From IMG/VR virus record IMGVR_UViG_3300045988_134561: a stretch of 39,477 nt of DNA. One strand, given 5' to 3'. The DNA comes from a virus. The translations under genes were made by a program, and so were the position numbers. Position 1 is the first letter of the stretch; every line of letters begins with the position of its first letter. Shown one piece after another: positions 21,942 through 31,150 of this stretch. The notes below the pieces were generated by a model, which searched no databases, had not been told where the DNA came from, and was given only the letters and a program-made list of their open reading frames with translations.

Positions 21942-23981
21942 TCACTTGGTGTAGTCGACTGCAATCACGCAATCATGGGACCAGTAGCCGTATGACGCGG
22001 ACCCTTGCGTCTCGAATGTGATTCCCCGGTAGGTACCGTTCTTGAAGTTCGGCCACAGGGCCTTCGGGATAGGCAGCCATCTGCCTTCGCCGCGGCCCCA
22101 TCCGGCCGTCTCAAGCCAGCGGCCATTCGACGCGAACTGCGCCGGCGCGGAACCCCACCCGTGAGCACCGATGCTGGCGACTCCCGTCTGCCCATACCAG
22201 TGCTTCGCGTACACGTAGAGGGCCATTCCCGTAATCGTTGCACCACGAAGATCAGCGGTCATATCCGGGAAGCCGACAATCGAATTGTAGACGCGGCCCC
22301 CATACGATCCCTGCGGCAAAGAATCGGGCCACGCCGAATCGGGGGAGTTATTCGAGTAAGCCCGCCACCAATTCGACTTGTAATTCTTGTGGTAGTTCCG
22401 CTTCGGTGCGGGCTGCTCCTGCGGCACAGTCTTCCCCAGCGACACTGACTTATTTACCTGGAGCGTAGGCCGCACGGCTTGCCCCATGTCGCGCACAAAC
22501 GCCTGCGGCTGCGGCAGGCTCTTATCCTCCACGGTCAGTGTCACAGCGTCATCCCCATACGCCGAAGCGGCCAGGAACAGGAGCCGGTGAGCTCCAGACA
22601 CTTTCGGCGTCCACAACGGGAATGTGGCCCGCCCCGTCTGAATCTGGCGAAGATTTTCCGACACCATGCGGAAACGGTGCTCAACCTGCTCCCCGCCATT
22701 GATAGGCGAATACCGGAGCCATATTTCCAGCATCGCATTCGCTTTGGATGAGAACCACGGAGTCAGCATCTCCACCTGGTACAGGCGGCCGGGATCGACG
22801 TCGACCACGAACTCGAAGAGGGAATCAACGTGGCTGACAACATGCCGGTTTTCATTCCCCCACGGCCACACTGACCCGTGGGCGATCACGCCGCGGGGCA
22901 GGGCAGCCAGGGTGTCGGCGAGGTCGGTGCCGCGCCAGGTGATCCGGTCGGCCACAGCGAGCGACTGTGTGGTCACCTCGCCGTCGCCGGTGATCGTGGC
23001 CTTAGCGAGCCCGTCGGTGCCGGTGATGGAGAGGAAGTCTTTCCCAGCCGTGCCGAGCGTGACAACCTCGCTGGGCTGGCCGCCGACCGACTTCACCACG
23101 TGCAGCCCCGTGGAATCCATAATCGCCGCGTCCCCGGAGGGGTCCCCGGCGACGATCCGCGTGGACAGGCGGATGGTGTCAGCCAGCAACTTGCCGGTGA
23201 CCTTCGCGTTCCCTGCCTGGAGCATCTGCGTCGTCACCTTCGCGAACACTCCGACCTTCGCCCAGAGTTCATCCGAGGCGGTGATCTTGGGGGCGGTGAC
23301 AGCGCCGTCGGCCAGTTGGACGTTGCCGACCGAGCCGGGGACCAGGACCTTCCCGGCGACCAGCATGTAGTCCTGCCAGGTTTTCGCGGCGGCGGACCAC
23401 ACCTTGACGCCGGTGGCCTGCTTGTCAGCGCCGGTCACCACCCACAGGTCGCCGTCGGCCGGCTCGGCCGGGGCAGTCCCGGCGACGGTCACGCGACCGA
23501 GAGCCCGCTTCAGAGCGTTCGCGGCCGCCTCACCCGACGTCGTCGCGACGTCCTTCGCGGCCTTGACCTCGTCGGCCAGTTGCTTCTGTGCCGCCTCGAT
23601 CTCGGCCTTGGCGGCGTCCAGTTCGGCCTTGGTGCCGGCCGCCTCGAGGGCGATCTTCCCTGTTGCGCCCGTGGCTCGCGCCTGGCCGCCCTCGGGGAGC
23701 GCGGCGGGGCTCACCACCTGGTAGACGCGGCCGGTGCCGTCCTGGAGGCACACGCACTCCGCGCCGATGGCGGTCACGCCGCCGTCAGCCGGGGCGACGA
23801 CCTCACTCACCGGCTCGTCGGCTGGGAGTTCGACGCGGACCATGCCGCCGTCCTCGACGTCGACGACGCGGCCCGTGGCCCAGGTACCGGCCTGCGAGCC
23901 GCTGCCGTAGGACGCCAGTTGGCTGGCGACGGCCGTAGCCGGGGACGGCTTGCGGTCGATCCACAGGTTCGGCTTCACCAT
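21942..23981 (-). CDS. Tail fibre / receptor-binding protein
   Basis: 679 aa with a central coiled coil (KAELDAAKAEIEAAQKQLADEVKAAKD). The C-terminal roughly 280 aa are encoded by lower-GC DNA. Confidence 0.65.
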   Translation of the reverse strand: MVKPNLWIDRKPSPATAVASQLASYGSGSQAGTWATGRVVDVEDGGMVRVELPADEPVSEVVAPADGGVTAIGAECVCLQDGTGRVYQVVSPAALPEGGQARATGATGKIALEAAGTKAELDAAKAEIEAAQKQLADEVKAAKDVATTSGEAAANALKRALGRVTVAGTAPAEPADGDLWVVTGADKQATGVKVWSAAAKTWQDYMLVAGKVLVPGSVGNVQLADGAVTAPKITASDELWAKVGVFAKVTTQMLQAGNAKVTGKLLADTIRLSTRIVAGDPSGDAAIMDSTGLHVVKSVGGQPSEVVTLGTAGKDFLSITGTDGLAKATITGDGEVTTQSLAVADRITWRGTDLADTLAALPRGVIAHGSVWPWGNENRHVVSHVDSLFEFVVDVDPGRLYQVEMLTPWFSSKANAMLEIWLRYSPINGGEQVEHRFRMVSENLRQIQTGRATFPLWTPKVSGAHRLLFLAASAYGDDAVTLTVEDKSLPQPQAFVRDMGQAVRPTLQVNKSVSLGKTVPQEQPAPKRNYHKNYKSNWWRAYSNNSPDSAWPDSLPQGSYGGRVYNSIVGFPDMTADLRGATITGMALYVYAKHWYGQTGVASIGAHGWGSAPAQFASNGRWLETAGWGRGEGRWLPIPKALWPNFKNGTYRGITFETQGSASYGYWSHDCVIAVDYTK

Positions 23982-25036
23982 GCCAGTTCCTCCATGTCTA
24001 CGCGCATCTGCCCGCCGGGCTTGTCCACCGGTAGGGAGTAGGCGGTGACCTTGCCGACGATGACCTCGCCGGCGTCCGTGTGGACGGCGATCACGTCGCC
24101 CGCCTCCAGGCGCGGATCCGGGGCGATCTCCACGGAGCGCCTCGACGCCGCCGCGAGGGCGGTCGCCATGTTCGTGCTGGCGGCCTTCTGGACGGCCGAG
24201 GCGGAGGCTGCGGCGTTGAACTCTTTGCGCTCAGTGACCTGCCCGTACACGCTGGGCTCGTAGGGCCAGGAGGAGGCGACGGCGGTCCCGGTCCACTTCA
24301 CGGCCGGCTTCTTGTCGTCCGACTGTTGCGGGGAGCCGACGACGACCCACCGGTTCGGGCGGCGCTCCACGCTCTTCCTGGGCGCCTCGATGAGGAGGTC
24401 CCGGCCCGTGTACCGGGCCACCGGCTCCGAGCCGTTGGCCTGCGCCCACAGGTGCAGGCAGCCATCCGCCTTCACCGCCCAGCCCAGGCCCCGGGCCACG
24501 CACAGGTCCCGGATCGCCTCAGTCCGACTGTGACCCCACTGAGTGGACGGGCTGACCAGCGGGTTCGGTGTGCCCGGATCCAGAACCACCGGGAGGGCCC
24601 CGGCGAGACGCTGCGCCTCAGACAGGACAGTCGCCCCGCCACGCGGGGACGACGGCCACGCCATCGGGTCCTGCTCGAGCACCTGCAGCAGGTCCAGGCA
24701 CTCGACCTTCACCTTCCCGGAGGTGTCCTCCTCCCAGGACTGGTGCTGCCACCACCCCAGGTCCACCTCATCCCGGCCGGCCGGGGTCTCGAGGACGGCG
24801 ACGACGTGACTGCGCTGCCCGAAGTTGTTGAGCGGGCTGGCCGGGCTGGTCGGCACCCAGGACGCGGGGCACTCGTAGGTCAGCTTGCCGGGGACCACTC
24901 GGTCGCTGGACCAGTCGATCTGCACGCCCTCGCACGGCACGTCCAGGGCGATCACGGTGCGCCCCAGGTGGACGTCAATCCTGGCCCCTACGGCGACAGG
25001 GCCGGCCAGGGCCTCGGTAGACGGGCCGGGCCTCAT
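23975..25036 (-). CDS. Tail tip protein (Tal position)
   Basis: ATGA-coupled Met of ORF 23975..25078. Follows the Dit-position gene after the tape measure. Confidence 0.55.
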   Translation of the reverse strand: MRPGPSTEALAGPVAVGARIDVHLGRTVIALDVPCEGVQIDWSSDRVVPGKLTYECPASWVPTSPASPLNNFGQRSHVVAVLETPAGRDEVDLGWWQHQSWEEDTSGKVKVECLDLLQVLEQDPMAWPSSPRGGATVLSEAQRLAGALPVVLDPGTPNPLVSPSTQWGHSRTEAIRDLCVARGLGWAVKADGCLHLWAQANGSEPVARYTGRDLLIEAPRKSVERRPNRWVVVGSPQQSDDKKPAVKWTGTAVASSWPYEPSVYGQVTERKEFNAAASASAVQKAASTNMATALAAASRRSVEIAPDPRLEAGDVIAVHTDAGEVIVGKVTAYSLPVDKPGGQMRVDMEELAW

Positions 25037-25731
25037 GGCATCCCCTGCACGCGGCGGGCGACCTCGATGGCGGACCACGCCTGCCAGCCCGGAGTCTCTG
25101 GGTGTGCCTCACCGTAGTCGGCCCACTCACCCCACGTGGTCACCGGGACAGCCCCCAACGGGGCATCCTCGGCGCGGGGCTCGTGCGCCGTCCACTTCAC
25201 CGTCAGCTCGATCAGATCATCGATGAGACGCTTCCGGGAGACGCCGGTGACGATGACCATCCTCGGCGGCACCCCCGCCGTCGGGGCGGCCGGGATGAGC
25301 ATGATCGGGTGGCGCGACTGGAGCACCCACCAGACGTATGCCTCGGCGTCGGGGTGGCAGGCGATGACGCCGCTCCCCGTCTCGGGCTCATCCCGTAGTG
25401 CCCACCGGGTCACCCCGCCGACGCGCTCCACCTTCGCCGACCACTCCACGGGATCCTCGTTGGACACGTAGATGAGGCCGGGGGCGCTGCGGCCGTCCCG
25501 GCCGGCCACGTAGACGCCGTACCAGTCCCCGGCGGGGCGGGTGAGCGACACGCTGTCGCCCCCCGCTCTGTAGGTGGTCTCGACGCCGGGCGCGGCCAGC
25601 CCGTCAGCCACCAGGTGCTGCCCCTCCCCCAGGCGGGCCAGCACACGGTCACCAGCGGTCACCGTGGCCGGCCCATCCACGAGGAGGGACGGAAGCCCGG
25701 ACGTCGAGCCGATCCACCCCTTGAGTGCCAT
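25033..25731 (-). CDS. Distal tail protein (Dit position)
   Basis: 232-aa ORF directly downstream of the tape measure gene. Confidence 0.55.
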   Translation of the reverse strand: MALKGWIGSTSGLPSLLVDGPATVTAGDRVLARLGEGQHLVADGLAAPGVETTYRAGGDSVSLTRPAGDWYGVYVAGRDGRSAPGLIYVSNEDPVEWSAKVERVGGVTRWALRDEPETGSGVIACHPDAEAYVWWVLQSRHPIMLIPAAPTAGVPPRMVIVTGVSRKRLIDDLIELTVKWTAHEPRAEDAPLGAVPVTTWGEWADYGEAHPETPGWQAWSAIEVARRVQGMP

Positions 25732-25742
25732 CCTGGCTCCTC

Positions 25743-28700
25743 TCAGTCGTTGCGTGACGCCTCGACGGCGACGCGCTCAGCCTCGACGCGCATCCGGCCG
25801 ATGAGTTCGCCGTCGACGTCGCGCACCTCGAGCACCGAGGGCGTGTTGCCGCCCTTGCCGAGGATGTCGCCGATCTTGGACCACTGGCCGCCGGTGAAGA
25901 CGGGCTCGGGCTTGCCGGTGGCGTTGAGGACCGTCGTCAGGCCCGGCTGCAGGAGGCCCCCGGAGTCGAACTTGTAGAGGCCGGTCGACGGCGACCCGTA
26001 GATCGGGGTTTCCCGCACCGGGATGCCGAATGTGGGGGCCTCGACCATCCGGCCGCCACCACTGGCGATGGCGATGTGGTGCGCCGGGTACCCCCAGAAC
26101 AGCAAGGTTCCTGGGGTGTTGTAGGAGCCGCCGGGCGTGGAGCCCGCCTGGTAGCCGGCCGCCGTCAGACGCGGGATGTTGCTACCCATCTGGTGCGCCG
26201 CCCAGTAGACCAAACCGGAACAGTCGACGCCGGGCGGGATGCTCGATCCTCCCCACACGTAGGTTGCGCCGATTGCTTTCCGCGCGGCGTTGACTATGTC
26301 CGAGGCTGCCATGGTCGCGGTCTTGCCCTTGAGCCACTCCCCGAAGCCATCAACCCACTTCCCCGGCAAGGCGCCCGCCATGTCATGGAAGAACGCCGTC
26401 CCTGGCAGGCCGGCCATGGCCGCCTTCATCGGGAGCCGCATCAGGGCATCGACCGCGCCAAGCGGGTCGGTGATGATCGATGCGACCGCATCCGCCGCAC
26501 TGGACAACCAGCTCGTGGCCGCGTTCCAGCCGCTGCTGGCAGCCCCCTTGATCTTGCCCCAGATACCGCCGTCGGCGAAGGCCGCGAACCGGGCGCCCTG
26601 GTCTCCGCCGGGGATGTGCGCCCCGCTCGAGCCGCGGGCGGCCGCGTTCATCCGGTGCACGGCTGCGGGTCCGCCGACCGCCTTCACCCACTCGGGCCGC
26701 ATGATCGCCTCACCGCCGGACAGGGCCAGCGCCCCGCCGCCGTCGGGCGAGAAAAAGTGGTAGATATCCTTTCCCGGCGAATATCCGGGCAGCACACCAC
26801 CAGAGGCGTAGCCAGGGATCCCGGAGACGGACGGGAGTCTCATCGACAGGCCGAGCTTCTCCGCAATGGAGTCCGCCGTCTTCTTAATGCCGTCGCGGTA
26901 GACCGTGTTGATGATGAAGTTGATCGGCTTAGCGGCGACCGACTTAACCCCATCCCACACGGTCTGAATACCAGACTTCATGGTCTCGAATGCCTTTTTG
27001 ATATTCGTGGTGACCGTATCGAAGATCGGCTTGACCGTGTTCTGGAACCAAGACACGACCGTGTTGATTGTCGACTTGATGCCATCCCAGACGGTCTTCA
27101 AGCCATTCCACAGCGTGTCCGCGCCGGACTTGATGCCGTTCCACACCGTGGAGATGACGGGCTGCACGTAGGTCTGGAACCATGAGACGACCGTGAGCAC
27201 GGTGGCCTTGATGCCATTCCAGATGGCGACGATCCCATTCCACAGGAATTGTGCGCCCACCTGAATCCCGGTCCACACTGCGGAAATGACCGGCATGACG
27301 TAAGCAGTGAACCAATCGGCAACGACCTGCACCGCGGCCTTGATCCCATTCCAAATCGTGACGATCCCATTCCACAGGAACTGAGCCCCGACCTTGATGC
27401 CGTCCCAGACAGCAGCCAGCACGGGAGCCACGTAGGCGTTGAACCAGTCAACAGCAGTGCCGACGGCGGCCATGATCCCGTCCCACACCCAGACGATGCC
27501 CGCCCACAGGTACTGCGCCCCGGTCTTGATGCCATCCCAGGCGGCAGCGAGGACAGGCCCAACGTAGGTGACCACCCAGTCCACGACTGTCGAGATCGCA
27601 GCCCACCACATCTGGAAGTACAAGACGACGGCGGTAGCCAGGACCCACACGGCAACCTTGATGCCGGTCCACACCCCAGAAAGGACCGGGCCGACGTAAG
27701 TGGAGATCCAGTCCACGACCGTCGAGATCGCCGTCATGATCCCGCCCCAGACAGCGGTCACCGCGCCGCTCAGGACCGACCACACGCCACTCAGGACACT
27801 CACGGCACCCGAGATCAGCGGCACCACATAGGAGGTGAAGAACCCGCTGACAGCGCCCCACACCGTGTTCCAAGTCGAGCTGAGCGCGTTCAGGGTTGCG
27901 TCCCAGTAGGGGGCGATCCAGTCCAGGAACTTCTTGAACTCGGCGGTGATCGCCGCCCACGCTTTCTTGCCCGTCTCCGTCTGGGTGAAGAACCACGCCA
28001 GGGCTGCGACGACAGCGAGAATCGCGGTCACGATGAGGATGTACGGGTTCGCGTTCGAGACCACGTTGAAGGCCGCCTGCGCCTTCTTCGCGGCGTCCAC
28101 GGCCTTCTCCATTGATTTGAGGCTGGTCACCCATTTCAGGACGCTGCCGGCCTGCTTGATCGCGTCAATCGCCTGCGTCGCCTTGTGGAGGGTCCAGAAA
28201 GCGCCCGCAGCGGTGCCGACGGTGACGGCCAGGGTGGAGAGCATCCCCTTGTGCTCGATCCCCCAGGACGTGGCCGACAGGAGCGCGTCACCGACCTTCA
28301 CGATGGCGTCTCGCAGGCCCTCCAGGAAACCGGTCAGCGGCGAGTTCGGGTCCAGCCCGAACAGGGGCTTGTCCGTCTCTCCGGTGAAGATGATCTCCGC
28401 GAGCCCCTGCACAGACGGAATGAGCGTGTCATTGATCCACGTGCCGGCCTCGATAGCGGCATCACGGACACTGGAGAGGAAGCTGACCAGGCCGCTGTCC
28501 TCGGAGAGGCCGAAGAGGTTGCCGTCGTACTTGCCCGTGAACAGGAGGGTTCCGAGGCTCTCCACGGACGGCACGAGGGTCCCGGTTATCCAGTCCCCGG
28601 CGGCCCGGGCGGACTCCCCGATCTTGAAGAGGAAGTCAACGATCCCGGAGTCCTCTTCGAGTCCGAAGACCTTGGAGGAGCCGTCAAACTGCCCCTTGGA

Positions 28701-29612
28701 GAGAATGTCCCACACGCCCTGGATTCCGGGCACCAATTTGTCGTTGATCCACCCGAAGGCCGCCTCTGCGCCGGTAGAGACGTTCCCCATGAAGTCCGTC
28801 AGGGCGGGCTTGATCTGGTCGACGATACCCATCGCCCCAGACACGAGGGTGGCCTCGAGGTTGCCCCAGGCGCCCTCAATCGTCTTGGTCGACGTCGCCG
28901 CCTCCTTGGCGACATCGGTCATTCCAAGGTCCATCACCGCGGCGTTGAATTCCTCGGCGGTGATCTGGCCTTTCTCCATCGCCTCACGGAAATTGCCCGT
29001 GTAAGCGCCCGCTTCAAGGAGGGCCTGCTGGAGTTTCCCAGACGCGCCAGGAACGGCGTCGGCGAGCTGGTTGAAGTTCTCGGTGGTGAGTTTCCCCTGA
29101 CCAGCGGTCTGGGTAAGCACCATGCCGACCGACTTGAATGTTTCGGCGTTGCCCCCAGCCACCGCATTCAGGTTACCCGCGGCCTCGGCAAGTTTGTCGT
29201 AGCCCTGGACGTTGTTTGACGCCAACTGGGCGGTGATCGACTGGATATCCGACAGGCCGTAGACGGTCTTGTCAGCGTAGTCCTTCGTGGACTTGGTTAG
29301 CCGGTCGACGTCGGCCGCGGACTTGCCCGCGAAGTTCAGGGTGTTCTTGAACTTGTTCGTCGCGTCAGAGGCGGTGATCGCCTGCTTCGCGATATCCGAG
29401 AAACCCGTGGCAAGGCCAACGGTGGTGGCGACGGCGAGTGCGCCGGCGGCGATCTTCCCGACCTTACGGAACGCGCCACCCAGGCCGGAGACGATGCTGT
29501 TCTCCGCCCGCCTGGTGTTGACGCGGTTGAGCTTCCCCTCGACCTCGCGGGTGAGGTTGGAGCCCGAGATAGCGACCTGAATCCAGGCGGTGCCAATGTT
29601 GTAGCCGGCCAA
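25743..29612 (-). CDS. Tape measure protein with C-terminal NlpC/P60 cysteine peptidase domain
   Basis: 1289 aa, the longest gene. Internal 44-aa and roughly 52-aa repeats. GATYVWGGSSIPPGVDCSGLVYWA...HHIAIA NlpC/P60 motif. TTG start 7 nt after GAGGAGG. Confidence 0.9.
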   Translation of the reverse strand: MAGYNIGTAWIQVAISGSNLTREVEGKLNRVNTRRAENSIVSGLGGAFRKVGKIAAGALAVATTVGLATGFSDIAKQAITASDATNKFKNTLNFAGKSAADVDRLTKSTKDYADKTVYGLSDIQSITAQLASNNVQGYDKLAEAAGNLNAVAGGNAETFKSVGMVLTQTAGQGKLTTENFNQLADAVPGASGKLQQALLEAGAYTGNFREAMEKGQITAEEFNAAVMDLGMTDVAKEAATSTKTIEGAWGNLEATLVSGAMGIVDQIKPALTDFMGNVSTGAEAAFGWINDKLVPGIQGVWDILSKGQFDGSSKVFGLEEDSGIVDFLFKIGESARAAGDWITGTLVPSVESLGTLLFTGKYDGNLFGLSEDSGLVSFLSSVRDAAIEAGTWINDTLIPSVQGLAEIIFTGETDKPLFGLDPNSPLTGFLEGLRDAIVKVGDALLSATSWGIEHKGMLSTLAVTVGTAAGAFWTLHKATQAIDAIKQAGSVLKWVTSLKSMEKAVDAAKKAQAAFNVVSNANPYILIVTAILAVVAALAWFFTQTETGKKAWAAITAEFKKFLDWIAPYWDATLNALSSTWNTVWGAVSGFFTSYVVPLISGAVSVLSGVWSVLSGAVTAVWGGIMTAISTVVDWISTYVGPVLSGVWTGIKVAVWVLATAVVLYFQMWWAAISTVVDWVVTYVGPVLAAAWDGIKTGAQYLWAGIVWVWDGIMAAVGTAVDWFNAYVAPVLAAVWDGIKVGAQFLWNGIVTIWNGIKAAVQVVADWFTAYVMPVISAVWTGIQVGAQFLWNGIVAIWNGIKATVLTVVSWFQTYVQPVISTVWNGIKSGADTLWNGLKTVWDGIKSTINTVVSWFQNTVKPIFDTVTTNIKKAFETMKSGIQTVWDGVKSVAAKPINFIINTVYRDGIKKTADSIAEKLGLSMRLPSVSGIPGYASGGVLPGYSPGKDIYHFFSPDGGGALALSGGEAIMRPEWVKAVGGPAAVHRMNAAARGSSGAHIPGGDQGARFAAFADGGIWGKIKGAASSGWNAATSWLSSAADAVASIITDPLGAVDALMRLPMKAAMAGLPGTAFFHDMAGALPGKWVDGFGEWLKGKTATMAASDIVNAARKAIGATYVWGGSSIPPGVDCSGLVYWAAHQMGSNIPRLTAAGYQAGSTPGGSYNTPGTLLFWGYPAHHIAIASGGGRMVEAPTFGIPVRETPIYGSPSTGLYKFDSGGLLQPGLTTVLNATGKPEPVFTGGQWSKIGDILGKGGNTPSVLEVRDVDGELIGRMRVEAERVAVEASRND
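26929..27852 (-). repeat. Seven tandem 132-bp (44-aa) Trp-rich repeats inside the tape measure gene
   Basis: Units begin VVDW/VADW/VVSW...YV.PV...VW.GIK.GA..LWNGI. Register checked at 27720, 27588 and 27060. Confidence 0.8.
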
Positions 29613-29634
29613 TCCAGGTCCTCCTCTATATGCT

Positions 29635-29669
29635 GGGAGGCCCCACAGCGGCGTGCTGTGGGGCCTCCC
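29635..29669 (-). terminator. Strong intercistronic stem-loop between the chaperone and tape measure genes
   Basis: Perfect 15-bp stem gggaggccccacagc / gctgtggggcctccc with a 5-nt loop. No U-tract. Confidence 0.45.
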
Positions 29670-29678
29670 TTGTGTTGG

Positions 29679-30439
29679 TTATGTGCTGGCTTGGGCGGCC
29701 AGTTCTGGGTGCCTGGCAAGCCAGCGGCGCGCCTTGGCGTCCTGCCGCTCCTGCGCCTCCCGTGCCTTCTGCTGCCAGCCCGGTTCGGGCGGCTCGGGCG
29801 GCTTCGGCAGGTCGGACTGCTTGGCTCCGACGGCGCTGGCGATGTAGCAGCAGATCTGCCAGGCGGCCATCCTGACGGCGGTGACCTCATCGGAGAGGGC
29901 GACGTCCCCGCCCATCGCGCGCCCCAGGGCCGAGCCGGGCGGGAGGCCCCGGATGAGGACCAGCAGCCGCCTAGGCGTCAGCCGGCCGCGCCACAAGTCC
30001 AGCAAGTCGACGCCGTACACGCGCAGCAGGTCGGCCTCGATCTCCTCCCCATGCTCCCGCAGGAGCCCAGGGAGGCCGATCAGTTTCCCGCGTTCAGGGC
30101 CTCGAAAACCCGCTGGAGGAAGCCGCCCATGGCGTCCGCGTCGACCTTCCCGCCCCGGCGGACGTGCTCCTTCACGTCGCCGTAGGCGTCACCCAGGACG
30201 GCCTTGGTCACGCGCATCATCGCCGAGGGCGAGGCGCTACCATCCTCCATGGCTGCCAGCGCCTCGATCACCTCCCAGTCGGACTGGAAGACGGTCGGGT
30301 CAACGGAGACGGTGAGACCATCGACGGTCACCTCCACGATGCCGCCGCCCTTGGCCTCAGCCTCCTGGAAGTCCTTCGGGGTCGCGGCCCCAATCTCGGC
30401 GGCGCGCTTCCCGGTCTCACTGGTCTTCTTGCTAGTCAT
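29679..30439 (-). CDS. Tail assembly chaperone GT-type fusion made by a -1 programmed frameshift at 30083-30089
   Basis: The -1 frame is open across the GGGAAAC site and continues ...GKLIGLPGLLREHGEEIEADLLRVYGVDLLDLWRGRL... to the stop at 29679. Confidence 0.7.
30080..30439 (-). CDS. Tail assembly chaperone (G-type, zero-frame product)
   Basis: Met24 of ORF 30080..30508 preceded by AAAGGGA. Lies between the major tail and tape measure genes. Confidence 0.75.
   Translation of the reverse strand: MTSKKTSETGKRAAEIGAATPKDFQEAEAKGGGIVEVTVDGLTVSVDPTVFQSDWEVIEALAAMEDGSASPSAMMRVTKAVLGDAYGDVKEHVRRGGKVDADAMGGFLQRVFEALNAGN
30083..30089 (-). promoter_or_regulatory. Slippery heptamer G GGA AAC for -1 ribosomal frameshifting
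   Basis: The zero frame reads gcg gga aac tga. It has the X XXY YYZ pattern and sits immediately before the stop codon. Confidence 0.7.
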
Positions 30440-30486
30440 GTCGGTCCCTTTCGGTGGTTGGCGGTCCCAGGTGTGTGGTGACCCCA

Positions 30487-30519
30487 CCCCGGCGCAGGGA
30501 CCGACCATCCGCGCCGGGG
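30487..30519 (-). terminator. Stem-loop downstream of the major tail gene
   Basis: 9-bp stem ccccggcgc / gcgccgggg with a 15-nt loop. Confidence 0.35.
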
Positions 30520-30538
30520 CAGGGAGAATGAGGGCCTA

Positions 30539-31141
30539 TCAGGCCGGGATCAGCGACTTCGCGTTGCTGTAGATGGTGTAGTCACCCAGCACCGAGAGCT
30601 TGTAGGACCAAGCCGTCAGTTCGCCCACCTTGAAGGCGACCTCGCCGCGCTCACCCAGTTCGAGGCGGGGGAAGACGATCCGCATACGGGTGCGAGCGTC
30701 CCCGGTGGAGGCGGTGTCGAAGACATCGAGGACGCCGGACAGGACGGTCACCGTGCGCTGCGCCTTCGCCGTCAGTTTGGCGACGTCCGTCTTCTGCGGG
30801 CCGGCACCGATCTGCTCCTGAATCTTCTCCGCCTTGGCGTTCAGGAAGCGGGTCACGATGCCCAGCTTCGACTCCAGGAGGGCAGCCTCCAGGCCGGTCT
30901 CCGAGGAGTCCATGAAGGTCCTCACGACGCCGTGGCCTTGGTGGCCTTTGATCTTGGTTACGGAGTCGTCCATGGTCAGCTTGATACCGTCGTCGGACAG
31001 CCATCCGCAGTCCTCAAGTGCTGCGGGAATCTGGGTCGTGAGGCCCTGGATCTTGGTGGCGAGGGCGGGGTCGTAGGGGCCCAGGAAGAGTGAGTCGTCG
31101 TCCGACCCGAAACCGAGCACATTGTCGGCGTTGACAGCCAT
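30539..31141 (-). CDS. Major tail protein
   Basis: 200-aa ORF immediately upstream of the G/GT chaperones. Call rests on canonical synteny. Confidence 0.7.
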   Translation of the reverse strand: MAVNADNVLGFGSDDDSLFLGPYDPALATKIQGLTTQIPAALEDCGWLSDDGIKLTMDDSVTKIKGHQGHGVVRTFMDSSETGLEAALLESKLGIVTRFLNAKAEKIQEQIGAGPQKTDVAKLTAKAQRTVTVLSGVLDVFDTASTGDARTRMRIVFPRLELGERGEVAFKVGELTAWSYKLSVLGDYTIYSNAKSLIPA

Positions 31142-31150
31142 TCTGTCTCC

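Noticed and set aside
21942-23981. Diversity-generating retroelement targeting the tail fibre
   Set aside because: I found no reverse transcriptase gene and no second (template) copy of the fibre 3' region elsewhere in the window.
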